IMG/VR virus record: IMGVR_UViG_3300037504_000266
Coordinates: 1 to 60,509 of that record
Origin: a virus
Taxonomy: Duplodnaviria > Caudoviricetes
DNA length: 60,509 nucleotides
Direction: 5' to 3' (one strand)
Below, in pieces: positions 47,126 through 56,716 of the stretch. The translations under genes were made by a program, and so were the position numbers. Below the pieces are notes generated by a model that made no database searches, was not told the DNA's origin, and was given only the letters and a program-made list of their open reading frames with translations. Every line of letters starts with the position of its first letter. Positions within the stretch are counted from its first letter, which is position 1.

Positions 47126-47788
47126 CTATTGGCCTGTCTCTACCTTGCCCAACGGAAGCCACAAGATATCGCATCCCCACACAACACGCGCAAATCCATC
47201 GGCCTCACCAATTTGCACCGCCGTTTGCCCTGCCAGCACATGATAGGGCGTGGCGGCTCCCGCCATCGGTGCCCAGTGCAGCGCCACATCCTCACGCGCC
47301 CGTACCAACTGCGCACTGGCGTCAATTGGCAGCCGGTGTGTGCAACCTGTGTCGGGCGTATTGGTCGTGGCAACGGCTTCCAGCGGCACGGCGGTGGCAA
47401 GGTGCGCCAGCGCTTCCGGATCGCATACGGGATCGCTAATGCGCATGGTATGATACCAGCGATAGTGCCACACATCTGCCACCTCGGAGAATAGATATAG
47501 CACGTAGCTGCCGTGATTATCAGCGCTTGTCCAGTGATAATACTTGGTTTCGTGCGGCTGGAAAATCCCCAGGTCCCTGAGATTATCCCCCGTCTGGCTG
47601 GACGCATATCCAAAATGGCCTGCAATGTCGTCACCGGTGGGGCTGTTGGTAATGGATAAGACCCATTCGTATTGTGTGTCGGGGATAAGACATGACGACG
47701 CGATGGGCCGCGCCTGGCTTGGTGACGCTTGTACCGTCGTGCTCGTAAGTGCCAACACGATAATAAACCCTATCACAATCCGTTTCAT
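47126..47788 (-). CDS. Secreted protein with C-terminal SH3-like segment
   Basis: Signal peptide MKRIVIGFIIVLALTSTTVQA; ALHWAP...LAGQT...W. Confidence 0.6.
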   Translation of the reverse strand: MKRIVIGFIIVLALTSTTVQASPSQARPIASSCLIPDTQYEWVLSITNSPTGDDIAGHFGYASSQTGDNLRDLGIFQPHETKYYHWTSADNHGSYVLYLFSEVADVWHYRWYHTMRISDPVCDPEALAHLATAVPLEAVATTNTPDTGCTHRLPIDASAQLVRAREDVALHWAPMAGAATPYHVLAGQTAVQIGEADGFARVVWGCDILWLPLGKVETGQ

Positions 47789-47789
47789 G

Positions 47790-48311
47790 TTAATTTCCTC
47801 CCTCTGGCGTAAACCAAAAAGCGTACAATAACGCGGCATATCCCGATGACGAGGCATCCTTGCTGGATAGCGTGCCTTGCAAAACGTGTGTCCCGGACCC
47901 GCTCAGGACGACGCCCGTCATAGTGTCGGTGGCAAGCGTGGCGGTGCCTGCATACAGATTGATCGTGCCAGCGGTTGCGCCATCGACCCGCACTACCATT
48001 TCCCCACTGGCATCTGTTTTGTAGGAGCGCACCCCTACCGTGTACGTCCCCGCCTGCAACACGGTTTCATGTGTAAATCGGTTAAGGTGCTCAGCGGGGT
48101 TTTGGCGCGTGCGCGGCACTCCCATGTCCAGCAGGCTGTATGACACGGTAAGGGCGCTCCCCTCTGCTACCCGCGATAGAAAATGGGGCAGAAACGCCCG
48201 CGACGGCATGGCCTCATGTAAATAGGTCTGGTTATCACGCACATGCGCATTCATGTGTGTGTGTGTGACAACATCGTTCACATGCCAGTCGCGCGGCTCA
48301 GTCCAGGCCAT
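47790..48311 (-). CDS. Minor tail/fibre protein, paralog B
   Basis: WT.PR.W...N.H.RDN..YL virion-anchor motif; ends PEGGN. Confidence 0.7.
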   Translation of the reverse strand: MAWTEPRDWHVNDVVTHTHMNAHVRDNQTYLHEAMPSRAFLPHFLSRVAEGSALTVSYSLLDMGVPRTRQNPAEHLNRFTHETVLQAGTYTVGVRSYKTDASGEMVVRVDGATAGTINLYAGTATLATDTMTGVVLSGSGTHVLQGTLSSKDASSSGYAALLYAFWFTPEGGN

Positions 48312-48829
48312 TAGTTTCCGCCTTCTGGCGCAAGCCAGTACACATACAACCAGGCACGGTAGCCGGACGACGAGGCATTTTGTGTATCAACGCTCACGCT
48401 TAGGGTGTGCAAGCCGTTATCGCCAATTTCCACATTGGCGATTTCCTCCGTGTCGTCAGCCCCGGCCCCATACAGGTCGATTGAGCCAATGGCGGCCCCA
48501 TCAATTTCAATATCCATGATGCCCGAACTTGAGTCCTTGTAGCACCGTGCGCCAAACGTATAAGTACCCGCTTGCAACACAAACTCCTGCGTCCAATTGT
48601 CTCCCGGAGATGACCCGGTCTGCCTGGTCCGGGGCGCGCCCATATCCTGGTTGGCATACGATACCACAAACGATCCGCCCGATTGCACACGCGCCTGAAA
48701 GTGACGCATAAAGGCCCGCGATGGCATGGCCTCATACAGATAGGTCATGTTGTCCCGAATGTGAGTGTTGAACTGTGATGCGCTGTTCACTTCGTCATCA
48801 ACCCATGTGCGTGGCGTCGTCCAACTCAT
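48311..48829 (-). CDS. Minor tail/fibre protein, paralog A
   Basis: Same motifs (EAMPSRAF, DMG.PRTRQ, LQAGTYT); ends PEGGN. Confidence 0.7.
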   Translation of the reverse strand: MSWTTPRTWVDDEVNSASQFNTHIRDNMTYLYEAMPSRAFMRHFQARVQSGGSFVVSYANQDMGAPRTRQTGSSPGDNWTQEFVLQAGTYTFGARCYKDSSSGIMDIEIDGAAIGSIDLYGAGADDTEEIANVEIGDNGLHTLSVSVDTQNASSSGYRAWLYVYWLAPEGGN

Positions 48830-48839
48830 GGCTACTCCT

Positions 48840-51332
48840 TCAAATTGCCAGGCGGGTGGTACTGCCCAGCCGCCCATAGACGTTGTCGTTTAAAATCCAA
48901 TAGGTTTTGTCGGTCAAGGGGCGAACAAACCAGTTAATGGAGGCCACGCCCGACGCTTGCCAATTGCTCCGAATGCCGATGATTAGCACCTTTTGGCTCA
49001 CTCCCAACTGGGACTCGGTCAGGTCAATCATGTCACCGATATGCTTGCCGTAGAGGACTGTGCCCCCGATGTCCGTTTTGTTCGTAAATCGCATGGACTG
49101 CACGCGATACGTAGGCGTTTTGTAGCGCGTCAAAAAGTAGTTGGCTACCTCAGCAGCAAAGTTCAGTGTGGTAGAAAGTGGTAGCGGCCACCGATATTCA
49201 CGCACGCCATACGATGCAATAGCCGTACCGTCTTCGCGAGTAATGTCTTGTGTTTCATACGCACGGATGGCACGACCGCGCACTTGCAGTCCGCGTAGGT
49301 ACAGCGCACCCAACGCCCGGCTGGTAATCGAAAGCTCAATATTGCCGCCGGTCAGGGCGGCACTAATCGTAATCAGGCGGTCCAGCGTGCGCGATACGCC
49401 TGCCCCGCCGACGGTTCGCATGTGACCGCCTACAAATTCCGGGTCCTCGGACCCATCGGTTACTTCGTAGTCTGTACCCGCCTGGGGCGTGATAATATCC
49501 GTTGCTCCCACGATTTGCCCGGTATCACTTTCGATAAATGGCACATTGACGTAGTAGCCCTCGTCATATCGCCGCTCAGTAGGATTCCAGCGCTCGCGTC
49601 CCGCACGGGCGGGCACCTGTAGCTCACGCCCTGCTCGCGCAATAACCGCCGTGCCCTCTACCTTGCGCCGGGGCGTGTGGGTCACAACCGCGCGCGTATA
49701 GGTTTCGTCCAATGCCAGTCGCCCCACCACCGCGCTTGCTGTGTCGTTGATTACCAGGGCGGTTGCGGCTGTAACCTGTTTGAACAGATGCAATCGGTCT
49801 TTGTAAATGAGCGTGCCGCCGCCATTGGCATAAAACAGCGCTACCGGCTCGCTGGTAACAATATCCTGGATGGCACGTAGTGCGTTGGTTTGCCCATGTG
49901 ACCATGTGTCGGCTGCAAGCTCAATGGTTTCAACGCCTGTATCGAAGTTGGTCAATCCGGCAGGTTCGTCGCTGCCGTCCTCCGTGCGTCCACTGGCCGG
50001 GGCATGGGCTGAGCTACGGGACCAGCGTCCGGTATACAGCACCTTGACCGTGCTGTGCGGCCAGGTCCCCCGTGCGACGGCGGTTAACGGCACTTCCGCC
50101 TCGGTAACTGATGCCACCGTGACGATCAGATTGGCATCATAGCCCGTGTCCGTCCATGATGTGCCGCTCCATTCGTACAGCGCGCCGCTTGCATACTGGC
50201 TGCTACCGCTGCGGTCCCAGCGCCAGTAATTGCCACTGCTCTGCGCACTGGTAGGGCTGAGTTTGAAACTAAATGATGCATTGGCATAAAATGGCGTCCC
50301 CAGCGTGACTGTGTTGCCGCCGCCCGGATTGGGCGTCAGCGTCCCCGTGCGAAGGCGGTCATCTGCGTTTGAAGTGGGAGATATGCCTGCATATATCCCC
50401 CACGTTAATGTGCCGGTGGGCGAGCCAATGCTGCTATCAAGGTTAAACACAAGACTCGTAAGCAGGCCGGGCGTGGTCACAGTTGAAAACGTTTGTGATT
50501 GCTCGTAGGCTGTACCCCCTTTGTTGCCAATCGGGGCCTCACCTGTAGACCCGGTATAGATTGTTTGTGTGCCGCCTGTAAAGGTAGTCCCCGCCACGCG
50601 CGAGCCGGCGGTGAGATAGGGCTGGCGGCGTGTCGCGCTGGTATACACGGTGCTCTCGGTTTCGGCGGTATTGATGGCCGCTGCAAAGTTGTCGGCGGTG
50701 GCTTCCTTGCTGGCTCCAATAAGCACTTGATTGGCGCTGCTGCCCAGTGCATTCACAAACTGGTACGTCTGGGTTTGGGTGCCGGTCTGTGGGTGTTCAA
50801 AATACACCGTGACAGTTTCGCCCTGTTGTGGTTGCCCTGTAAACTTTACGTCATAAACCGCCGTGTCCCCCTCCATTGCTGCCGAGGTGACAAGCTGCAA
50901 AAGCCAGTCTGCCGTCATGTTTTCTTGCAGGGGCAAGGTTAAATCCGCTGTGCGCAGATCGCCTAGAATATCCTCGCATAGCAATTCGCAGGTTCGATCA
51001 CCATCGACTGCCCCCGATGATGGCGTCCAGCCGCGCGTCTTGCCCCGGAACCAATCCCAAACCGTTGTCCCATCTGTCATTTGGATTTGAACGGGCAGAT
51101 TGGGCAGCAGCTTGCCGTAGTAGGTGCCGCCCGTGTATGCTGGCGAAAACCGCTTATCCGTATTGACCAGCGTAAGCGTGGCCTGCCCTACACTGGCAAC
51201 GGTTTTTTGTTCCGACTGCATCCCCGCAATGACGGTTAAGGCATTGACATATCCGCTAATATCATCGCCCGACGTAGTAAAATCGCCGTCGTTATCAAAG
51301 TCGATCCGGACCACCGGATAAATGTTTGCCAT
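48840..51332 (-). CDS. Tail tip/hub protein
   Basis: 830 aa after the tape measure; VRIDFDNDG...G.ATLTL.N; C-terminal WILND..YGRLG..TRLA. Confidence 0.75.
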   Translation of the reverse strand: MANIYPVVRIDFDNDGDFTTSGDDISGYVNALTVIAGMQSEQKTVASVGQATLTLVNTDKRFSPAYTGGTYYGKLLPNLPVQIQMTDGTTVWDWFRGKTRGWTPSSGAVDGDRTCELLCEDILGDLRTADLTLPLQENMTADWLLQLVTSAAMEGDTAVYDVKFTGQPQQGETVTVYFEHPQTGTQTQTYQFVNALGSSANQVLIGASKEATADNFAAAINTAETESTVYTSATRRQPYLTAGSRVAGTTFTGGTQTIYTGSTGEAPIGNKGGTAYEQSQTFSTVTTPGLLTSLVFNLDSSIGSPTGTLTWGIYAGISPTSNADDRLRTGTLTPNPGGGNTVTLGTPFYANASFSFKLSPTSAQSSGNYWRWDRSGSSQYASGALYEWSGTSWTDTGYDANLIVTVASVTEAEVPLTAVARGTWPHSTVKVLYTGRWSRSSAHAPASGRTEDGSDEPAGLTNFDTGVETIELAADTWSHGQTNALRAIQDIVTSEPVALFYANGGGTLIYKDRLHLFKQVTAATALVINDTASAVVGRLALDETYTRAVVTHTPRRKVEGTAVIARAGRELQVPARAGRERWNPTERRYDEGYYVNVPFIESDTGQIVGATDIITPQAGTDYEVTDGSEDPEFVGGHMRTVGGAGVSRTLDRLITISAALTGGNIELSITSRALGALYLRGLQVRGRAIRAYETQDITREDGTAIASYGVREYRWPLPLSTTLNFAAEVANYFLTRYKTPTYRVQSMRFTNKTDIGGTVLYGKHIGDMIDLTESQLGVSQKVLIIGIRSNWQASGVASINWFVRPLTDKTYWILNDNVYGRLGSTTRLAI

Positions 51333-51338
51333 AACCCC

Positions 51339-53735
51339 TCAGCTAAATACCAATGATACGTTTCGGCGCGCAGCCTCGGCCTCTAGCGCATCAAAGAACG
51401 TGACCGGGTCTTGTACACCCTGTATTACCACATTCCCAATTGCCAATTGCCCGCCGCTCGCAGCAGACGCGGACGCCGTATCAACCGTATATTGCCCTTT
51501 GGGGTAGAACGTGCCCGCCGTGTCCGGCACAAACAACTCCGGCTGTGCGCCCGCACCAATCAGGTACGGTTCTCCTTTTTTGCCTCGCCCGCCTGTGTCC
51601 ATGCTGCCAAAAACGGCCCCAATCGCTTGTCCGAAAATGCCGCCCTCGCCCCCTGGCACAAGGTCCGTTAGCGCATCGGCCAATGCACCCGGAGCCGATT
51701 TGATGCCTTCGACAATGGCGTCTACAATGGATTTGCCGATATTGATGAATGCCTCCTTGAGCAAGTCCAGATTGACATCGCCAATCGCATCAGTGATAGG
51801 AGAAATGAGGTTGTCTGACAACCAGACACCCAATTCATGCCAGGCGTTGGCAATGCCATCAAGCGCCGCTTGCCCTAGCAGTGCCGCTACGGTTGTGATG
51901 CTCGTTGAATCAAGGGCACCGATTGCCAATGTGAGCGGGACCAGGATTTGCGCTCTGAGCCAGTCCAGCAGCCCCCCAGCGATGGACCCGATGCCATCTA
52001 ACAATCCTTGCCCTAACGGACGGCCCAGCGCCGCCAGTGTTTCGGGGTCAAGCATAGCGAAGGCATTACCGATCGGGGTGATAATGTTGGTTCGCACCCA
52101 GCTTGTAAAATCGCCAAACCCCTCCATTATTTTGGCAGCGATAAAGCCCGGCAATGCTGTAAAGGTTTCGCCAATCGCATCAAGCGCCGGTCCCCACGAT
52201 GCAAGCCCCGCCTCTACATCAATGCCCAGCAGGCCCCCCAGGTCAATTGCCAGTCCGGTAGGGATGGCGAGCAGCGCATTGGCTATGCCCTCAATAGCCC
52301 CCGCCACATCGCCCTCGCGAATGGCGTCACCCACTTCGTTGACGGCATCGCGGAAGCCATATAGATTGGTGGCATAAGCACCTACCAGAATGCCCACTAA
52401 CCCGACCGCCCCGCCAAACATGGTAAGCACCTTAACGGCACTGCCCAGGCCCGTTGTAAGTACGCCAATCGCCGTAATAACTGGCCCTGCCACAAAGGAT
52501 AAGCCAATCAAGCCCGCAATAACGGGCAAAACCGCCGGGGCCGCTTCGTTTAAATCAGTTATCAGCCCCGTTAATGCAGGCAGCAGGTTATTAAGCGGTG
52601 GCAATAACGCATCGCCAATCGTAATAGCCAGATCATTGGCATTATTTTTGAGGTTGGCGATATTGCCTGCGGTTGTATTCGCACGCTTTTGGGCTTCATC
52701 CATTGCCGCCGTGTTGTCGCCCCAGGCTTGTGTGGCGCGATCGGTCAGTCCTGCCAATAATGCAGTGTTGCCGGATAATCCCAGCAGAATGGGCGTAATT
52801 CGTGCCCCACTCCATCCCAGATCGTCAAGTGCCTGAATTTGCTCGCTAGGGTCAAGCTCGCCTAATCCCTCAAGAAATGTCTGTAATGCCCCGCTTGCGT
52901 CTGTTTCCCAATGTGTTTTGAAGTCAGTTGCCGTTTGCCCGGAGATTTCCGCTAGGGTGGATAGTTCTTCGTCTGCTTCAGCCACAAACGTTGTGATGTC
53001 ATTCAAAACCCGCGAAATGGCAGTCCCGCCCGCCTCTGGTGCCACGCCCAGTGACGACACGGCAGCGGATAATGCCAGCATTCCCGGCTCGCTCATCCCG
53101 GCCAGTGCTCCGGCGGCTCCAATGCGGCTAGCCAGATTCAGAATTTCACCCTCGGTTGTGGCCGCGTTGTTGCCCAGGTCCACAAGCGTCGAGGCAAAGC
53201 GATCTACATTGGACATATCCATGCCCGTGATGTTGGCAAACTGTGCCGTCATCACCGCCGCTTGATCTGCCGTCACATCGGTTGTCATTCCCAGAATACC
53301 CATAGTTTCGGTAAACTTGAGAATGTCCTCCGTCTGTACGCCTAGCTGTCCGGCAGCTTCGGCTACGCCTGCAAGCTCCTGGTGGGCATTGGCTAAGGAT
53401 GAAACAGGGCTTTCGGCGCTAGTAGCTAGATCACGTAGCCCCTGTTCAAGGTCGGCGAGTTCCCGATCGGTCCCATCAACAGTTTTTCGCACGCCCGCAA
53501 AGGCGTCCTCCCAATCGATGGCCGCGTTCGCCGCCACCAACCCCAGGCCCGCCAACGGCGCAGACAGCAGCGACACCTTTGCGCCAATCCCCGTAATATT
53601 GCGCCCGACGCTTTCCAACCCCGACCCAAACTCACGGGTCATGGTATTCAGGTTTTTGCGAACCTTGCCCGTCTTTTTATCGAAGTCGCTTGTGTCCGCT
53701 GCAAAGACTGCGCGGAGAGATGCTACATCTGGCAT
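51339..53735 (-). CDS. Tape measure protein (TP901-family core)
   Basis: AIDWEDAFAGVRKTV, LGNNAATTEGEI and EAGGTAISR; Ala/Gly/Leu-rich. Confidence 0.92.
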   Translation of the reverse strand: MPDVASLRAVFAADTSDFDKKTGKVRKNLNTMTREFGSGLESVGRNITGIGAKVSLLSAPLAGLGLVAANAAIDWEDAFAGVRKTVDGTDRELADLEQGLRDLATSAESPVSSLANAHQELAGVAEAAGQLGVQTEDILKFTETMGILGMTTDVTADQAAVMTAQFANITGMDMSNVDRFASTLVDLGNNAATTEGEILNLASRIGAAGALAGMSEPGMLALSAAVSSLGVAPEAGGTAISRVLNDITTFVAEADEELSTLAEISGQTATDFKTHWETDASGALQTFLEGLGELDPSEQIQALDDLGWSGARITPILLGLSGNTALLAGLTDRATQAWGDNTAAMDEAQKRANTTAGNIANLKNNANDLAITIGDALLPPLNNLLPALTGLITDLNEAAPAVLPVIAGLIGLSFVAGPVITAIGVLTTGLGSAVKVLTMFGGAVGLVGILVGAYATNLYGFRDAVNEVGDAIREGDVAGAIEGIANALLAIPTGLAIDLGGLLGIDVEAGLASWGPALDAIGETFTALPGFIAAKIMEGFGDFTSWVRTNIITPIGNAFAMLDPETLAALGRPLGQGLLDGIGSIAGGLLDWLRAQILVPLTLAIGALDSTSITTVAALLGQAALDGIANAWHELGVWLSDNLISPITDAIGDVNLDLLKEAFINIGKSIVDAIVEGIKSAPGALADALTDLVPGGEGGIFGQAIGAVFGSMDTGGRGKKGEPYLIGAGAQPELFVPDTAGTFYPKGQYTVDTASASAASGGQLAIGNVVIQGVQDPVTFFDALEAEAARRNVSLVFS

Positions 53736-53771
53736 AACAAAAAGGTGCCTCCTACATGTGGCACCAGGCCC

Positions 53772-54026
53772 TTAGCGTCGTACTGTGCGATGCCGCCCCT
53801 TGCGGCTTAACCGTTTCGCGGGCTTGGGTGCTTGTTGCGCCCGCCGTTCGCCATCTTCAATGCCAAAAATATCGGCTACTGTAAACGGATCGTTATCTAG
53901 CAGGTCGTCAATGTAGTCAAGAGTCCAGCCGAACAGCTTTGCCAGCCGGACTCGTGTCGTCCGCCGCCGGATGTCGGTGGGCAGTTCGGCCTTGAACTTG
54001 ATGGCGCGATACACCCACTTGGACAT
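53772..54026 (-). CDS. Tail assembly chaperone 2 (likely frameshift partner)
   Basis: LAKLFGWTLDYIDDL motif; directly upstream of the tape measure. Confidence 0.7.
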   Translation of the reverse strand: MSKWVYRAIKFKAELPTDIRRRTTRVRLAKLFGWTLDYIDDLLDNDPFTVADIFGIEDGERRAQQAPKPAKRLSRKGRHRTVRR

Positions 54027-54036
54027 TTCAGTTTGC

Positions 54037-54288
54037 CTAGTCGCGAAAAATGTCCCCCGCGACGCGGCTCACCTCCTGCGCCGCTGTTTTCCAGTCCTGC
54101 GGCGACAGGTCATCATAGCTTTCGAGCTTGCTCGGATCGCCTGCCAGAGGCCATGACGTGATAACCTCCGCCATGATGCGGTTAATCTCGTCAATGTCCA
54201 TTGCCCGATTTGCTGTCTGCCACTCACGAATGGCTTTCATCGTGGTCCAGCCCGAAAGGTCAACTTTCCAGCCATTCTTGCTCGCCAT
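54037..54288 (-). CDS. Tail assembly chaperone 1
   Basis: Position after the tail tube; ITSW; ends with an ATTTTTC run. Confidence 0.7.
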   Translation of the reverse strand: MASKNGWKVDLSGWTTMKAIREWQTANRAMDIDEINRIMAEVITSWPLAGDPSKLESYDDLSPQDWKTAAQEVSRVAGDIFRD

Positions 54289-54701
54289 TACCATGTACTC
54301 CCATCGTGCTCATAGTGCGATGTCCAGGTGCCATCCTTGACCAGCGATACCGTGAATTCGACCTCGCCATCATAGGGATAGCTGTAATCCATACTCTCAA
54401 CCGTTGCCGTGCACTCGTATTTCGGGTTGCCGCTGGCGGTGCCATTCGGCCCCCATCGCAGTGCCGCGTTCGTGCCGACGGCCAGTGCTGAGCGTACTGC
54501 CGATCCCGCCGTGCCATTGCAGAGGATGGTCAGGTCAATCGTTGCGCTCCTGACCCCGGTTACATGACTTTCGTCTGTATCGGCCCCGGCGGTTGTGTCA
54601 ATAATGTTGATGCTTTCGGATACGTCCATTGACCGGAAATCCCCGGACACGTCGGTAGCCCCAAAGTCAACATACAAGCTTTTGCCTGCATAGTGCGCCA
54701 T
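54288..54701 (-). CDS. Major tail tube protein
   Basis: IDTTAG.D..SHV.G, WGP.G...PKY and PYDGEV; synteny. Confidence 0.8.
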   Translation of the reverse strand: MAHYAGKSLYVDFGATDVSGDFRSMDVSESINIIDTTAGADTDESHVTGVRSATIDLTILCNGTAGSAVRSALAVGTNAALRWGPNGTASGNPKYECTATVESMDYSYPYDGEVEFTVSLVKDGTWTSHYEHDGSTW

Positions 54702-54704
54702 ACG

Positions 54705-55112
54705 TCACTCCTTACTAGCTTTCATGCGATAGTCACCCACGTAACGCCACAACTGACGGCCCTCGTGGTTTTCCACTAGCTCTGCGACTCGCTCACATGC
54801 TAGCCAGTAGTTTGACCACCCCGGTATTGTCAAACTCTGCTCGTGTAGGACGCCTTGTGCGGCATCTAACACGTTTTCGGCTTCTTGCCGGGTGCCCCCT
54901 ACGCACTCCACACGAAACACGTCATTTACGTCATCGCGCGGCGTGGTATTGGGCCACTGGGCGTTTGCGCTGTAGTACACAATATAGGGTGTGTCGGTAC
55001 CCTCTGGTGCTTGCAAGCGCCAGATATCGGTCCCGACCAGGTCCGTTACTGTGCTGGCCCCTGACAACTTCGTATACAACGCGCTGCCAGCAGCGGGAAG
55101 ATTGCTTGTCAT
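54705..55112 (-). CDS. Tail terminator/completion protein (DUF3168-like)
   Basis: ALY.KL...APEGT.TPYIV; synteny. Confidence 0.75.
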   Translation of the reverse strand: MTSNLPAAGSALYTKLSGASTVTDLVGTDIWRLQAPEGTDTPYIVYYSANAQWPNTTPRDDVNDVFRVECVGGTRQEAENVLDAAQGVLHEQSLTIPGWSNYWLACERVAELVENHEGRQLWRYVGDYRMKASKE

Positions 55113-55531
55113 CCCGTCACTGCCTTTGCCATAACGCCCCGTTTGCGTGCATTTTCGGCGGTGGTTTCAGCCGCCGGGAGCAAAAACGGACGCGGAGCAA
55201 CTTGCGACGTGCCATATTCCATATACACGCCATGCTCCGCGTTTACAACAGTCGCGGCCACCAATGTCCGCAGGCGTCGCCCCTGGATGCTGTTCCACAG
55301 TGCCCCCGTATCTACATTCGGAGGATAGCCAGGACGCGAGGCCACATGCACTTTCTTGCCGCGTTTATAGGTGCGTCCTGGCGGACCACTCCCAAAGGAC
55401 TGCTTTGCTTCCCGCTCGCAATCCAGCGCTAAGCCCATGACGAAATCGTCCGCGCGCCCCGGAAAGTTGCGCTCAATTTCATCCAGTTTTGTTGTGTCCA
55501 ACTCAATCCGCACTCTACTTCGCTTCGGCAT
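55109..55531 (-). CDS. HK97 gp10-like neck protein
   Basis: P.VDTGAL.NSI...YMEYGT...PRPFL.PA. Confidence 0.88.
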   Translation of the reverse strand: MPKRSRVRIELDTTKLDEIERNFPGRADDFVMGLALDCEREAKQSFGSGPPGRTYKRGKKVHVASRPGYPPNVDTGALWNSIQGRRLRTLVAATVVNAEHGVYMEYGTSQVAPRPFLLPAAETTAENARKRGVMAKAVTG

Positions 55532-55905
55532 TACCGTACCTCATGTATGATGGCGCGCCGCGTTACGTTCCACGAATGCACATCATCTAACTTTAGTACC
55601 TCATATGTTTTGCCATCAACCTCTATTTGGGCATCTTCCACCAGCGGCGCATCATAGGGCACGGTCAGTTGATAGGCCATAACGGTAACTTCCTTCAATG
55701 CTGCCTCGTCTATCATGCCCTGGCTACTCCGCATGGGGTCAAGACGGCACGAGACAGTCCCGTTCGCAGTTGCCGCTGTCGTTTCGGTCCATCCCCCCGC
55801 CCCGTCGCTGGTGCGCGTTTTGACTTTGATCACCGCCGTATCGGGTAGCGCGTTAAGAACCTCAGTGCGCATCCAGGCAAGGTCACTGGTGCTTAGCCAA
55901 CTCAT
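55531..55905 (-). CDS. Head closure/head-tail joining protein
   Basis: SDGAGGW and D.I.VDGKTYEV. Confidence 0.8.
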   Translation of the reverse strand: MSWLSTSDLAWMRTEVLNALPDTAVIKVKTRTSDGAGGWTETTAATANGTVSCRLDPMRSSQGMIDEAALKEVTVMAYQLTVPYDAPLVEDAQIEVDGKTYEVLKLDDVHSWNVTRRAIIHEVR

Positions 55906-56111
55906 GTTCGCTTCCGCCTCACATTACTAAACGTGACGCTGTCGGCCCGCGTTAGGGCCTCGCGTAGTTTCTGCATGGCGATGTCGGTTTTAACCACCGA
56001 GCGCCCCTGTGTCGCACGGATCAGCCGGGCTGAACGCAGGGCCTCTCGCGCCGCATCGCGTAGTGCCAGCAGCGCGTGCATTTCTTCATTGGTTATGCTA
56101 GGCATTGACAT
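55902..56111 (-). CDS. Small hypothetical protein
   Basis: Coupled ORF. Confidence 0.45.
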   Translation of the reverse strand: MSMPSITNEEMHALLALRDAAREALRSARLIRATQGRSVVKTDIAMQKLREALTRADSVTFSNVRRKRT

Positions 56112-56688
56112 CGCTCCTGTTGCGCCGGACCATGCGGGCCGCGCCGCCCGCCTGCCGGTCGTAGAACAATGCCATATCCTGGTACTGTTTGTATAACTTG
56201 CTGGATTCCTGACGGTGATTGTCGGTGCTCCAGGTCACACGAGTTGCAACGTTGGCGGCTTTTTGCCGCCACACATGCGCAGCGGCCCGATCCATGTCAT
56301 AGCGCCGCGCCGTCAAGAAATAGCTGGTGCCGCCCTGGTCAGCAGAAAACCGTACCAGCCCCGCCAGATAATCCGGCGTGTAATTAGCCGTACCAACATG
56401 ATCGCCCGTACTATCCTGAACAAGCCAGACCGCCGTGCCGCCTGCTGCCTTTTCCCACCAGCCGCGCGGGAAATAATAATCGTAATACCGCGCGTTGCCG
56501 TCCTGGTCTGTGCGCGGCTTCATAACCAGCGTGTAATCGTAGTAATCCACGCGGTATTGGTCGAGCACGTCTTGCAGGTGGTCATCTGAAAAATATGTCT
56601 GGCTGCCCAGCGTGTACTCCGATGTACCGGCTTGCGCGCGGGCGCGTAGCTCAGTAATCAGGTCTGTCATGCCCGTCCGTGCTGTCAT
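56098..56688 (-). CDS. Head-tail adaptor
   Basis: FSDDHLQ.VLD and YD..RAAA.VW..KAA; synteny. Confidence 0.7.
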   Translation of the reverse strand: MTARTGMTDLITELRARAQAGTSEYTLGSQTYFSDDHLQDVLDQYRVDYYDYTLVMKPRTDQDGNARYYDYYFPRGWWEKAAGGTAVWLVQDSTGDHVGTANYTPDYLAGLVRFSADQGGTSYFLTARRYDMDRAAAHVWRQKAANVATRVTWSTDNHRQESSKLYKQYQDMALFYDRQAGGAARMVRRNRSDVNA

Positions 56689-56716
56689 GCGCTACTCCTC
56701 GCGAAATATAACCTGA

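Noticed and set aside
47790-48829. Diversity-generating retroelement TR/VR pair
   Set aside because: No reverse transcriptase, and divergence is spread over whole genes rather than being adenine-specific.
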